Shown here: piece after piece, positions 37,276 to 50,589 of the stretch | Position numbering within the stretch: position 1 is the stretch's first letter | How the letters are laid out: each line of letters starts with the position of its first letter | Assembly: GCF_006345805.1 (NCBI RefSeq) | Contig: NC_043011.1 | Coordinates: 3,348,001 to 3,412,000 of the forward strand | From: Octopus sinensis | Lineage: Eukaryota | DNA: 64,000 bases | Reading direction: 5' to 3' | The notes under the pieces: generated by a model | What the model was told of the DNA's origin: nothing | The model's input: only the letters and a program-made list of their open reading frames with translations | The model's database searches: none | Made by a program: the position numbers and the translations under genes

Positions 37276-39653
37276 TTAATCTTGCATTATTTTGTAGCTA
37301 TGAGATTTTGATGAGGTAACTGTTAATTTTTAGAATATTGTAAGCAGGTGTGAGAAGCAATATCTGGCCAGTGTGGACATAAAACAGGTAGAAGAAGATT
37401 TCACCTTTGTTCAGTTTTATTAGACATAGGGTCTTATAGGATCTTTACTTGTCAATGTCTTGACATGTCAGTCTATACTTTTTAGTTTAAGATAGAGTCT
37501 ATAGCATTTTGAACTTACTATTTCTTTAGTCTTAAGGATTCAATTGCTTTTTCACTGAGACATTGCTTCATGTCCTTCATGTATGCCTACATTAAATATT
37601 TCAGCAGCTGTTTATTTTGTGTTTCGAAATATAAACAAGTGCTGCACCTAATTACTGGTATGGAGAGTTGATATCTCAGACCAATTATGTAGGTGCACCA
37701 CTTGTTTATTTTGAATATCATCTGCAGTAATTCCTTCATACATGTTTCTCCCTAAAATGTTCTTTTCTTACAGTTAGCCCTTCGTCCATTTCTATTTTAT
37801 TTTTAAAAGTTCTTAAAAAACTTATTCTCGGTTGTAGTCAAAAAGTGTACTTTACTCAAAACTTTTTTCTTTTCATAATGACATCTGAAACAAGTGAAGA
37901 TCCCTTACTCCATATGTTCCTTGTTTTAGACAACTTCTGTTCCTGCTATAATATTTTTCTGTAATATTTGACTGATTTCCTTTTTACATGCCTAACTTTT
38001 TATTTTTGACTCCATTAATGATTGAGAAATTTTTAATTTTCTATATGTTTGGGTTTAATTTTGTTTGCTTGGGTTTTTTCCCTCTCTCCCTCCTTCTCTT
38101 GCTATTCCTTCTAGCTAGGTAACTAAATATCTCCTTTATACCAATTTACACCACCCATATATACACCTGTTTCTGTCTCTCTCACACTCTAACCTTTCAT
38201 TAACTGACACAAGATCCCCCCCTCCAATTCCCCCTCCCCTCTCAAAATTCCTTGTCTTGCAAGTTACTTGGTTACCCTGCCAGTGCTGGTGCCACATAAA
38301 AAGCATCCAGTCCACACTGTAAAGTGGTTGGCATTTGGAAGGGCATCCAGCTGTGAAAATTATGCCAAACTGACCTCGCCTGTGCTGGTTCCATGTAAAA
38401 GGCACTCTGTCCAATCTACAGAGTGATTGGTGTCAGGAAGGGCATCCATCCGTAAAAACCCTGCCAAAACAGACACAGTAACCTTGGGTAGTTTTCTACT
38501 TGGCTGGCTCTTGTCAAACCATTCAACTCATGCCTGCATGGAAGATGGACGTTAAATGATGATGACGATGGTGATGGAAATAAAGTGACCATTGCTTTTA
38601 TGAAACTGCTATGTCTACATATATGTTTTGGTTTATGAGAGCGACACAGTAAACAGTATTATACAAACACGTAGCCAACAGCTTCATTTGAACTGAGAAG
38701 ATATTGGTTTCATTGATGGAGCTCATATCTGAATAAATCAGCAGATAATGAAGCACTATGGAATAGTAATTCAATACTAAAACCTACTCTGATTGAAAAA
38801 GTTTCTGAGCAGCCTTTTATATTTATTTTGTTTATAGGCATGAAACATGACAGTTGTAAGTGAGGAAGTACACATGTTCAAAGACCTTTTTTTTCCATTT
38901 CTCAATTATAAAGGAAGGAATGAACTCATAAAGCTGCGTCGGCAAGTCAAATAAATTTCCATGCAAAAATCTGCCGTCTGGGTGAAAGGTCGTTTTTAAA
39001 ATGATCTTAAAAAGACTACTAAGGCTGGAAGTACAATTTAAAGAATTTACACCAGCCTTATATACAATTTTCCAAATCAGAGTCTAGAAAAAGATTTTGC
39101 AGCAGAAACATTTAATTGTTCTGTCCCTCTTCTTTTCAGGGATTTTCTTTTTTACTTAAGGGTATTATGTTCCTTTCTCACTCTGCCACTTACCAGCTAT
39201 ACACAGACACTTAAATTGCGTTAGTTATCACTATTTTATCATTAAGTTCTCATTATTGGTTCATTGAAAGACCTTTCTATTGTAATACTTTATTTCCACA
39301 ATAGTCAAAATTATTGCCATATTAAGAACTTTCAATTGTTAAAACATTCTCATCTTCTTTTTATTCCTATTTTCATGTTGTTCTGGTTTGGCTTTTATTG
39401 GTCACTGTTAAGATTTTATAAGGTTTGGTTTTGTAGTTTTATTACATTTTATTTGTTCTTCTTGTTTTAGGTCAATCTTTATACTTAACATTTTGAATAG
39501 TGTTAAATTTGATATTGTATTCTTGTTCTAAGCATCCTTGTTCTTCTTCTTTTTATTATTATTATATATGCTTTCTTCCACAAATTCTGTTTTCTTTCTA
39601 TTTATTATAACGCTTTGGAATTCCAGAATATATCTTTCCTGATCAATATGCTA

Positions 39654-40520
39654 TTGGGTTATCCCATAAATAATATGGTTTTCTCAATTGCATGAACTAA
39701 AAGTTGGAGGGGGATGGGATAAACTACCTGCATCAACTTGCTATAAAAGCAGATAGTAATTTTACCTTGTCCTTATTCTTAGTGCAAGTCTTGAAGAATA
39801 CAGTTCAATGTTAACAGATTTTTTTTTCAAAGCTATAATGGAAGTGACAAAGGTGCATATTTTGCTTTATGAGTTCAACAAAGGCAACAACACAATGGAA
39901 AGTGCAAGGAATATTGATGCAGTATATCAGGATCAGATAATAAGTGTAAGCCAGTGTCAACAGTGGTTCCAGAAATTCCAAGCCAGAAACTACAACCTAG
40001 AAGATGAGCCTTGTCCTGGAAGATCTGTAGAGCTCAACAAGGAACAAACCCTGGTGGAACAAAATTCCATTGTAACTGTTGAGCAGAGAAGCTTGGATTT
40101 GGTCTTTCAACCATTTATTGATGCTAGTGCTAGAAGAAAAATGACCATCTTTGGTTTCAAGACAAAAGGTGTTCTTCCATCAAGATAATGCTTGGCCACA
40201 TACAGTGAGGATGACATTCGAAAGGGTGGAGCAGTTTGGATGGGAAATGATGCCCCACCCACCCCACCATGTTCACTGGTCATTGCTCCATCTGATTATC
40301 ATTTATTCTGCAGTCTTCAAAATCATTTGGATAGAAAAAATAGGAATTCTATAGACAAGGTCAGAACAGTACTGGAGGAGTATTTCTCATCATCGACAAG
40401 TGATTTTTGGGAGAAAGGCCTTGCCAGTCTACCAGATAGATGGAAGAGCATTGTAGAAAATGAAAGAAAATATACTTTTGATTAAAAAAGAATTTTGTTT
40501 ATCTTAATTTTGAAAAATTA
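39654..40520 (+). mobile_element. Internally deleted mariner, right TIR missing
   Basis: TA then TTGGGTTATCCCATAAATAAT. Helix-turn-helix QCQQWFQKFQARNYNLEDEPCPGR, FHQDNAWPH, APSDYHLF and GLASLPDRW motifs lie in shifted frames. Confidence 0.88.
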
Positions 40521-40530
40521 AAAATCTGAA

Positions 40531-41280
40531 ATTACGGATGCAAAAGTAAAAAAAATGTGGTAGACCGAACTGTGCAACATGTCCAAACCTGCTAGAAGGA
40601 TCAGAATTCCTCTTCAAAGAGGGACAGAAATTCAAGATCAAATCTAATTTTACTTGTGCCTCTGAAAACATAATTTATGTCATAAAATGCTCTGGCTGCC
40701 ACCAAGACTACGTGGGATCCACGGGACTATCACTCAGACGTAGATGCACACTGCATCGACAACAGATTGCATTCCCAGAATACAGAATGATACCTTTTAG
40801 TGAGCACATTGAGAAATGCGCAAAGCAACTACTACCACAATTTTTAATCTTTCCATTTTACCAATGTGCTATCGGAACACCAACACAAATTAGACTACAC
40901 AAGAAAACATTCTTCATTGAAAAGTACAAGCCCAGACTTAGCCATTCCAACATACTTATACAGAGAAATTCACCCCAAAGGAAAGGCAAAAAATTTTAAG
41001 CGATTATCTCTCTTACACCGGAAGAAATCACTTATTACCTCCCCTTATCTAGAACTCTTCTCAACATAAACATAACGATGTAAGAAATTTGAAAAGCTAA
41101 ATGCGAAACCGGTCATTTCTTCTAAACTATGTCATTGTAAGAAAAAAATTTATAATATTCTTCAGACATATTAACTCAAATATATATTTTTTAACCTTTT
41201 AAAACAAGCCTTCGGTAGTTTTTTCACTTTTTACTATTTTCTATATATTCAACCACGTGCTTTCACAAACCAACTTTCTC
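40531..41280 (+). mobile_element. 5'-truncated Penelope-like element: GIY-YIG endonuclease and 3' UTR
   Basis: Open frame 40550-40999: CGRPNCATC...FTCASENIIYVIKCSGCHQDYVGSTGLSLRRRCTLHRQQI..HIEKC..., typical of Penelope-like-element endonucleases. Confidence 0.88.
41082..41121 (+). ncRNA. Degenerate minimal hammerhead motif in the Penelope-like 3' UTR
   Basis: AAGAAAT-TTGAAAA-GC TAAAT GC-GAAA-CCGG-TC-ATTTCTT: 7-bp stem I, palindromic ACCGGT and GUC, with two core substitutions. Confidence 0.55.
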
Positions 41281-41825
41281 ATCTATATATATATATATAT
41301 ATACATAGTTCATATAACTTAAATTGTTATAAATACAGTAGTCATATTTTAATTGTGGGCTTTTGCTTTTCTATTAAGAACTCTACTTGCTTTGAGTACA
41401 AAGCAAATTTTTTTGGTTTCCCATTTTCTTTTGCTTTGGATGTAATTTACATAAAAAGCACCTAGTGCACTCTGTAAGGTGGTTGGCATTAAGAAGGGCA
41501 TCCAGCTATAGAAACCTAACCAAAGCAGACAATGGAACCTGGTACATCCCCTGGCCTTACCAGTTCCCATCCAGCCATCCAACCCATGCCAGCATGGAAA
41601 ACGGACATTAAATGCTGTTGATGATGATGGTTATATCTGCAAACCCTGGGGTTTTTTTGCATGTTTTTAATTATTTTCAAAGCAGCTTTTAGCATTGGGA
41701 TTGTTTTCTTTACTCAGTTCCCATGTTGTAGTTGACTTCATTTCCAGATCTTTATATTTGAATAATTTCTCATCACTTATTGGGACTGAAAATTGTTTTC
41801 CCTAGTTGTCATTGCGAATAATATT

Positions 41826-43460
41826 TCAGCTGTTTGTATTAGTTATATATTGGTTTTTACTGGATATTTTTGTCAATCTTCAGAGGGTATTTTATTATCG
41901 ATTGTTAACAATTGCATGGAGCCCATAACTCTGTATGTTTGTAGGAAATATAACCTTTCTCTATTAGATTTTGGATGGTGAATTTTAAATATAGTCATTA
42001 TTTGTCTTGCTTTACTCTCATCTTGCTAGTTTATTTCGTGTCTGGCTAAGAATATTATAACTATAACTTATCACTGAGGCAGTTAGTGTGTTAATGTTTT
42101 TTGTATAGTAAAAGTATGTGCACACTGAATGCATTATGATATTTTAGGTAAATAAATCTGTATATGTGTTAATTTTTCATGCACATATTAATTACCTTTG
42201 TTAATTGTGGAAAAGGTATCATGTTGGTTTTTGGTGAGAAATGCACAAGTGAGGAGAGCTCAGTGACAGGGTGAATTGTTGTCATGAAGAATCCAATACT
42301 TTGCGCTACACAGATCTGGTCACTTTCACCAAATTCTTCCCTTAAATGCTTTGCAATGTAACAGTAGAACTCTCAATTGATGGTCTGGACCTGGGATTCA
42401 AATTCTTGAAACACAATAACACATTTCTGGGGGTGATGCTTATGGCAAGTTCTCCAGATCACTCATCGTCCTCTAGAGATGTTCTACCACTTTTGAAGCA
42501 CCCATACCACTCAAAACATTACATACAACCCATTGCCTCACCATCATAACCTTGCCAAAGCATGTTCACTAAATTTGTAGCAGACTTTCCGAGGTTAACA
42601 CAAAAGTTCCCGTTGGTTCTTTGTTCCTGTCCATGACAAAATCACAGGCTACAGCATACATGTGATGACAAAAGCACAAATTTTACAAATTGCAAAGTAA
42701 ACACAGCAATTCCACTCCGTGCACTGCCTCATGACAGTCACTGCTAGCTCTCTCAGTGCAGGCAACAGTGTGCTATCATCTATTGGCATAATACAGAGTT
42801 AGTATGTGAACTCTTTGATATCACCTTGTATAGCGCATTCAGTGTGCAAATACTTTTACCATAGAAAAACCTTTATGCAATAAGATTTTTAAATTCACTC
42901 ACTACTACTAATTAGAGGAAAGTATTAAGAAGGCTTTGATCCTGTGATGTAACGAAAATTACTTCAGTCTCAGTTTCGAGTTCTGCCTTTTTTAGACAGA
43001 ATTATGATTTTTCTGTTTTGGGAAATTTTTTCCACCTGATTTTGTATGTTTATTTTGGCTTATTTTTCTACTGCTTCATAATTTCTTTATTTGTTTTTCT
43101 TTACTTCTCTGAATACTCTTTCAACTTTTCTTTTTTTCTTTTCTTTTCTTTTGTTTACATATTTGATGGCTTCCTTTAAGACAGAAATCAGTGTTTCATT
43201 TTGTTGTTGCTTTTTAGCTGTTTGTATTAGTTATATTATTGGTTTTTACTAGATATTTTTGTCAACCTTCAAAGGACATTTTATAATAGATTTTTAATTG
43301 CATGGAGCCCTTACCTCTGTATGCTTGTAGGAAATATAATCTTTGCATGGTGAATTTTAAATATAGTCATTATTCGTCTTGTTTTTCTCTCATCTTGCTA
43401 GTTTGTTTTGTATCTGGCTAAGAATATTACAACTATAACTTATTATTGAGGCAGCCACTG
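41826..43460. repeat. Diverged ~260-bp direct repeats (41826-42085 and 43209-43460), probably Penelope-like remnants
   Basis: Alignable by eye from AGCTGTTTGTATTAGTTATAT to GAGGCAG. The minus strand has an ISYSYNI motif. Confidence 0.6.
42200..42833 (-). mobile_element. Mariner remnant
   Basis: Minus strand GEAMGCM*CFEWYGCFKSGRTSLEDDE*SG; TIR-like TACAAGGTGATATCAAAGAGTTC at the right end. Confidence 0.7.
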
Positions 43461-43863
43461 TATTGATGTATTTGGTTTTTCTTTTCCTTTTTTGCATTTT
43501 GCTGTTTAAGTATTCATCTAATGCATCTCTGATATTCTTTTATACCCCTTACACTCACATTGTTCACTGTCTAGGTCATTGATTCCTGAATATTTGTATG
43601 TCTGCGTTTGTGGGAATTCTCTTATCTCTGCTTCATTATCTACCATCACATTAGTTTTCCTAATTAATTTTCCTCTCTATCTCTAATGTTACCATGGTAC
43701 ATTTTTCTAATCCAGTTCCACTTGCAAATCTGCATACTGCCTGCAGCAATTTCTATCTGTTAATCAGCTATAGCATATGACTTCAAATCGTTCTTACACA
43801 AAAGGTAGTTGATTGTTTCCTATAGCACTCATATCTGATTCCAGGTTAAAGTGGTTAGCATCA

Positions 43864-44252
43864 GGAGGTGCAATGGCCCAGTGGTTAGGGCAGCAGACTC
43901 GTGGCCATAGGATCGCGGTTTCGATTCCCAGAGTGGGCGTTGTGAGTTTTTATTGAGCGAAAACACCTAAAGCTCCACGAGGCTCTGGCAGGGGATGGTG
44001 GTGATCCCTGCTGTACTCTTTCACCACAACTTTCTCTCACTCTTACTTCCTGTTTCTGTTGTACCTGTATTTCAAAGGGCCGGCCTTGTCACTCTCTGTG
44101 TCACGCTGAATGTCCCCGAGAACTACGTTAAGGGTACACGTGTCTGTGGAGTGCTCAGCCACTTACACGTTAATTTCATGAGCAGGCTGTTCCGTTGATT
44201 CGGATCAACCGGAACCCTCATCGTCATAACCGACGGAGTGCTTCCATCCATA
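43864..44252 (+). mobile_element. SINE family D, tail variant 2, with TSD
   Basis: tRNA head; GGTTAGCATCA is duplicated at 43853 and 44253. The same tail lies reversed near 53900-54050. Confidence 0.85.
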
Positions 44253-46269
44253 GGTTAGCATCAGGAGTTCCTATCATGTTCCTCTCCTTTCAAGTTTTTC
44301 TGCCCATTTCCAGGCCACTTTTGTTGTGATGGCTTCCCTTTGTTTTTTTAAGATACTGTACTCATTATTTTGAACAATGTAAACCACGGTGGTTCTGTTG
44401 CTGCTCATACACCACTTCAGAAATCTACTTCTCTTGCCGTTAGTATCACATTGATTTCTATCCTATATTACTTTGTTTTTAATCAATTATTTCTATATCA
44501 TAGCATTATTCAAGTAGATTTTCCCGAAGCTACAAAACGACTCTGACATAACACTGATGTAAGAAGATCTAAATGCCCTGCTTAACAGGATAGCAACTTG
44601 TTGCAGTGTAAATTCCCATGATTTATGAGTTGAGTACTTTGCATGCTGTTCAAACTCTATTTACATTGAGCTAATGAAAAATTATCAAATAGGTTGCTTG
44701 AGGAGTTCAAAACACTATAAAAAAAAAAAATACCTGAAAATGTTCTTTCTTGCCTCTGTGTCACATGGATTAGGAAACCAGCCAAAATTATCTGATGTAG
44801 AAAAACTGCCAATGTTCCTTGTTACATTCTTAGTGCATGGCATACAAACCTGTTAAAATCAGTTCATTTTTTTCATCAACATTTCAGTATGCAAAATATG
44901 GCTGAAAATTTAAATGAAAATCAAATGTGAAATTTGTCATATCCAGTCAAAGAAATATATGTGTGTTGCCATAGTAACTATCAGAGACAGATGAAAACTC
45001 ATTTGAGCAGTGGCCAATAAGTCTGCCAGATGCACTTCCGACTTTTTAGACCTTTCCAATGGCACATACTTGCAGCCTGCCATAAAGGTTGCACAAGACG
45101 TTGCCATCTTAGATATGGAAAAAAGTTAACAAAATAATCACAAATTTTGTAAATAGTCCAAAGTAACAAGGTGGCAAAATTCTTAGGATGCCAATGAAAA
45201 TGCTTAGCGGCATTTTGTCCGTTTTTACATTCTAAGTTCAAATTCTTCTGTGGTCAACTTCGCTTTTCATCCTTTTGGAGTCAATAAAATAAGTGCAATT
45301 TGACCACTGGGAGGGGGGAGGTGATGTAATCAACTTACCCTTATAATCTATAAGAGATTTTATCTCAGGACAAATACTACAGTAACTGGCCTATCAATCA
45401 TGTATATACATTAAGTATGATACATAGGCAGCTATTTTAATTAAATACTGCCTTGATTGCATATACTGGATATGTATATACATACACATATACATATATA
45501 CATACATACCTACATAAACACATACACATATATATATATATATATATATACGTACATACATACATACATATGTGTGTACATATATATATGTCTGTGGTAA
45601 GAAGCTTACTTCCCAACCACATGTATATATATATATATATATATAAAACCATTTGCACCAAAAGATATATATATATTTATGTGTGTGTCTGTGTTTGTCT
45701 CCCCACCCCCCGCCATCACTTGACAACAGATGCTGGTGAGTTTATGTCCCTGTAATTTAGCAGTTTGGCAAATGAGACCAATAGAATATATACTAGGCTT
45801 ACAGCAAATAAATCCTGGGGTCTATTTCTCTGACTGAAGCCCTTTAAGGCAATGCTTCAGCGTGGCCATAGTCAAACTGACAAACAAGTATAAGAATAAA
45901 AAGAATGTACATACTCACTTTTAGAACTTAGACCTTAAGAAAGACAGTTGAGATCAATATATTTAAACTCAGAATATAAAAATCTGGTAAAAATGCTACA
46001 AAGAGTATAGTGCAACAGTGTTACAATTCTGCTATTCCTACTCTTTAGAATGAAAGTTAGTTGAGGTTTGAGCATAACAAACAGAATTTGTAATAGGAAG
46101 AATAATACAATCACAAATCAATAATCAAGGGACATTTTAAAATATAAGTAAGCATTGTGACATAAAATTTCTTTCCTGCCTCAAATCACTCTTTATATTT
46201 TTAAATACACTATGTTTCATTATAAGATGAAATATTCAGGGTTGGAAAGCTTGATTAAGTCTAACATGT

Positions 46270-46555
46270 GCCTAAACAACAGCAACAGCCCATATGAACG
46301 CCTTTTTGATCTTCATGTGTCTAACACACCTGGACATGCCTACAAAGTCAGAAAACAACACAGCTCCCATGACTTTCGGAAACATTTTCTCACGCTCAGA
46401 GTTGCTGAAGCATGGAACAAACTGCCTGCATCAGTTGTTGACTGCCATGACACTGCATCCTTTAAGGCCCTCGTGCTTTCCGAAATCCGCCGAAACTACA
46501 CCTGATTATATATACACTTTAGATGAGTTGTAGTGCACCTGAGCACTGTATACAA
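46270..46555 (+). mobile_element. CR1/L2-type LINE 3' end
   Basis: GHAYKVRKQHSSHDFRKHFLTLRVAEAWNKLPASVV..TASFK. Confidence 0.8.
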
Positions 46556-46784
46556 AGTTTTTATTATTTTATGATTAGTTATCATTGAGGAACTTGCATT
46601 TTTGTTTAAAATTATGAAGGATAATGGTTTCAAACTTCTTTGAGGTGACCAAAGCTAAATGATACAAACATATGAAGCTACTTTCATTTAGTGAGTCCAC
46701 TTTGCATCATATACGAGTGATGCATTCCACTGCCTGGTACTGCCTGTTTACATTTAACTGGAATGGGATAACTAGGTAACTATA

Positions 46785-47208
46785 CTCTCTCTTTTTACTC
46801 TCTTTTACTTGTTTCAGTCATTTGACTGCGGCCATGCTGGAGCACCGCCTTTAATCAAGCAACTCGACCCCGGGACTTATTCTTTTGTAACCCCAGTACT
46901 TATTCTATCGGTCTCTTTTGCCGAACCGCTAAGTAACGGGGACATAAACACACCAGCATCGGTTGTCAAGCAATGCTAGGGGAACAAACACAGACACACA
47001 AATACACACATGCATATATATATATATATATATATACATATATACGACGGGCTTCTTTCAGTTTCCATCTACCAAATCCACTCACAAGGCATTGGTCGGC
47101 CCAAGGCTATAGTAGAAGACACTTGCCCAAGGTGCCACGCAGTGGGACTGAACCCAGAACCATGTGGTTGGTAAACAAGCTACTTACCACACAGCCACTC
47201 CTGCGCCT
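46785..47208 (-). mobile_element. SINE family A copy
   Basis: Full reverse copy. Confidence 0.9.
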
Positions 47209-48433
47209 ATATATTTTAGTATCTTTATTAGTTACTTACTCAATATTGTGAGAGGTGGATAGAAACATATTCAGATTGTAGGAATCAAAATTTGAATCAA
47301 TCCCTGTAGTAACAGTCTTGTTATTGCTTCATGACAGAGGGTACTAGTTTCTTTTTGATGAGGCTTTTTAAGAACCAATGTTTTAGGAAAAGTAAAGAGA
47401 TGAGATACATTCATTCCTGTCTAAAGCAACCAACAAAGCAATTGTAAGTGAAAATAACTTCAGTTTGGAATTGAAACTATCCCACTGCAGTAGTTCACCA
47501 AGATCCTATACTGTACAACAGAATTTTAGAAACTGGAACAGAATATAATAGATATATAATAGAAGTGAGCACACTGTTTTGTATTAGAACACTCTGGAAG
47601 TAAATGATTCATTCTGTAAATCTGTCATCAACTGATTCTTTCAATTCGATTCTTTCACATAAGACTTCAGAAGATAGTCTGATGCAAAGCATTCAATCAG
47701 TCTTGTGTCACGGCCATAAAACCAATTTGATCATTGAACCATCAGTGGATAGGTGGTGGTGAAATGTTGGTCCTGACTGTCTGTGTTGTTTGTGCAGTGT
47801 GTGAGTAGGTGGGTATAGTGGTAGTAAACGAAATTTAAACAGAAAGAGACACAGTCAGTTTAGAAAAATAGATAATGGAAGCAATTTCAATGGCTAAGTG
47901 TTGCCAGGATGAGGAGAAACGTGCCAAGTTAGCGTCAAGTTTCAGTAAATAACACCTTACTTAGTGAAGATGTGTGCTATCAGAATTCTATTTTGTGTCT
48001 CATTTCTTTCATGCTCCTCTGCTGCTCCTCTGCTTTACTCTGTTACAAATTAAACAACAATGTAGACTTACTAGAATAGTATGAGTAGGTTTCAAATGTA
48101 AATTGACAGCTAACTAGCTGATAGATTGATAGATAAAGATTGATTGGTATATGTGTGTATGTATGTATATCACATTTATACGTACACAGGTTAGATAGAC
48201 AGACAACACTTACACAAACACAGACAGATTATATAGAAAGATAAATCTATGGTTAATCAGATATATAGATAATTTAATAAATAATTAGCAATAACAATAA
48301 GAAACAGGCAATCACATGGTTTTGGGTTCAGTTCTACTACTTGACACCTTAGACAAGGTTCTTCTCCAACTGTCCTGGGTTGACCAAAGCCTTGTGAGTG
48401 GATTTGATAAATAGAAACTGAGAGAAGCCTGTA

Positions 48434-48491
<58 letters not shown>

Positions 48492-48698
48492 TACTCTTTT
48501 ACTCTTTTACACTTTTACTTGTTTCAGTCATTTGACTGTGGCCATGATGAAGCACCAATACAGTGTACATTTAAACACATAAGAGGCATCCATCATTCGG
48601 ACTCCTTGCACACTAGGGAGAACAGTTAAATTCCAAACCACTATTAGGGATAAAATTTTGAAGGGAATGAAAAATAAAAAAATATTTACCATCTAACT

Positions 48699-48768
48699 CC
48701 TGGACCAATGGTTTCAGACTTTTTTTAGCAAATAAAATAATTTGCTAGGCGAAGTCTTCTTCAGCAGG
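48699..48768 (-). ncRNA. Type I hammerhead ribozyme, complete core, GUC site
   Basis: Minus strand: CCUG-CUGAAGA-AGACUU-CGCC-UAGCAAAU UAUUUU AUUUGCUA-AAAA-AAGUCU-GAAA-CC AUU GG-UC-CAGG. Confidence 0.8.
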
Positions 48769-48979
48769 TAAACCTTAGATTAAATATATCTCCTTACCCT
48801 CTTGGAGATTTTAGGTAAAATTATACTAATGTGTCCATCTGTTTTAATTTAATTAAATTCTATGTCTTTATGCAGCTGAGGATTGCTCTGCATTTAAATT
48901 GATGTAATGATTGCATTGTTCAATTAAATGGAGTTGCATGAAACGATTGCACTGCATTACCTCTGGATATCATTGTTAC

Positions 48980-48987
48980 TCATCTTG

Positions 48988-49078
<91 letters not shown>

Positions 49079-49130
49079 ATATATATATGTATATGCATGC
49101 ATATATATATATATATATATATATATGTTT
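48980..49130. repeat. (TA)n microsatellite
   Basis: Direct reading. Confidence 0.95.
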
Positions 49131-49457
49131 GTGCACATATATATGTATGTGTGTGTGTGGTGATTCCTTGTTTGAACATTGCATAAGAGTTGTGAGTGTC
49201 ATTGACATGCAAGTCAAATATTCAAATATTCAGCAAAAGCATGTCTGGCTTTAGGGAAAACTACCTCACCTAGAAAGACGGTTAGTGAGAGGGTGGTCAT
49301 CTGGGCATAGAAAATCTGCTTGAGTAAACTCCATCCTATCCATGCAAGCATGGAAAAGTGTATGTTAAAAATGCTATGTACACACACATGTATAATAGGC
49401 ACATGCATACACATACACGAAGAAGCATACACACACAAATGTATATATGTATGTATG

Positions 49458-49489
<32 letters not shown>

Positions 49490-49490
49490 C

Positions 49491-49701
49491 ATTGTGGCTG
49501 CCCCCTCGTTATCAAGTATGGCCATTGCACGAAGCTTAACTGTTACTGGTGCTGTGATCGAATGTGACTTTTTAGCCCAGCTAAAGATCTACAATATCTT
49601 GTACAAAATTGGCAACTAAAACCTTTACCGGTAATATCCGGCTGTAGTTGTAACTGGGCTTCATGTACCTTTGCATGTCGTTTAAGTCCTCCTGCCAAAT
49701 T
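49491..49701 (-). mobile_element. RTE-type LINE 3' end with C-terminal C2H2-like finger
   Basis: GLKRHAKVH...FSCQFCTRYCRSLAGLKSHIRSQH, then a stop and a short 3' UTR; bounded by (TA)n on both sides. Confidence 0.6.
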
Positions 49702-49713
49702 ACATATATATAC

Positions 49714-49744
<31 letters not shown>

Positions 49745-50589
49745 ATATATATGTATATAAGAGAGAGACACACACACACACATTTATAAATAAATTGGTT
49801 TCAAATTTTGGCACCAGGCCAGCAAGTTCGAGGAAGGGTGTAAGTACCAGTCATCAACTGGTACTTATTCTATTGACTCCAAAAGGATGAAAGGCAAAGC
49901 TGACTTTGGTGGAATTTAAACTGAAAACGTAAAGATGAACAAAATGCCACTAAACTTCTTACCCAGTGTGCTGATGGTTCTTTAGAAAGTTATAGAATTA
50001 AGACCTGAATATAGAAGCAGAAGATAGGTAGATGCATAAATAGATGTAGGTAGATAAATGGATGGCAGAAAAGGTAGGAAATGTGAGAAATACACACGTA
50101 GAGTGAGTCAGAGAGAAGTAACTGACAAACTGACATATTGGAACAATGACAACGTTATTAATTAATAGTCAATTATATCAGCTGAATGGAATGTCTCACC
50201 AATTAATTAGGCAAATTCAGTGCTATATATTTTTTTTAAATATTACATCTCTGCTACCAACTTAGCTGTTTCAATCTCCATCTCGGTTGCTTTTGTCGTT
50301 AAGAGCAATGCTACCATAACAGGTTGATATCTTTCCTGTTTTCATTGGCATTACATTTCCTTTGGTATATTGCCCAATTTCTTCTTGTGTAAGAACTTTT
50401 GCACAAATACATATTTTTATATACATATATATGATACTCACACACATTCTCTCTCTTTCACACACACACACATACAAACACACTCACACATTGATAATGG
50501 AAGCAGTCTATCATGGACCATAACTTTAGCACAAATACATATTTTTACATACATAAATATGATACTCACTTTCTCTCTCTCTCTCTCTC

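Noticed and set aside
37415-37960. Three phase-compatible plus-strand exon candidates (37415-37466, 37530-37657, 37774-37960)
   Set aside because: Not listed as features. The minus strand reads like a decayed Penelope-type endonuclease end (INSC*NI*CRHT), and T-rich antisense TE sequence readily mimics acceptors and open frames. Unresolved.
39264-39470. Hydrophobic 68-aa ORF
   Set aside because: T-rich low-complexity sequence with no recognisable motif.
31126-47750. Further plus-strand exon-like segments needing a +1 correction (near 31126-31228 and 47590-47750) and micro-exons (38838-38855, 39140-39161)
   Set aside because: Each needs an assumed frameshift or is too short to distinguish from chance in AT-rich DNA.
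49543-49779. C2H2 zinc-finger ORF suggesting a member of the octopus ZNF expansion
   Set aside because: It has one full finger without TGEKP linkers, is 5'-truncated at (TA)n, and has a LINE-like 3' UTR. An RTE C-terminus fits better.
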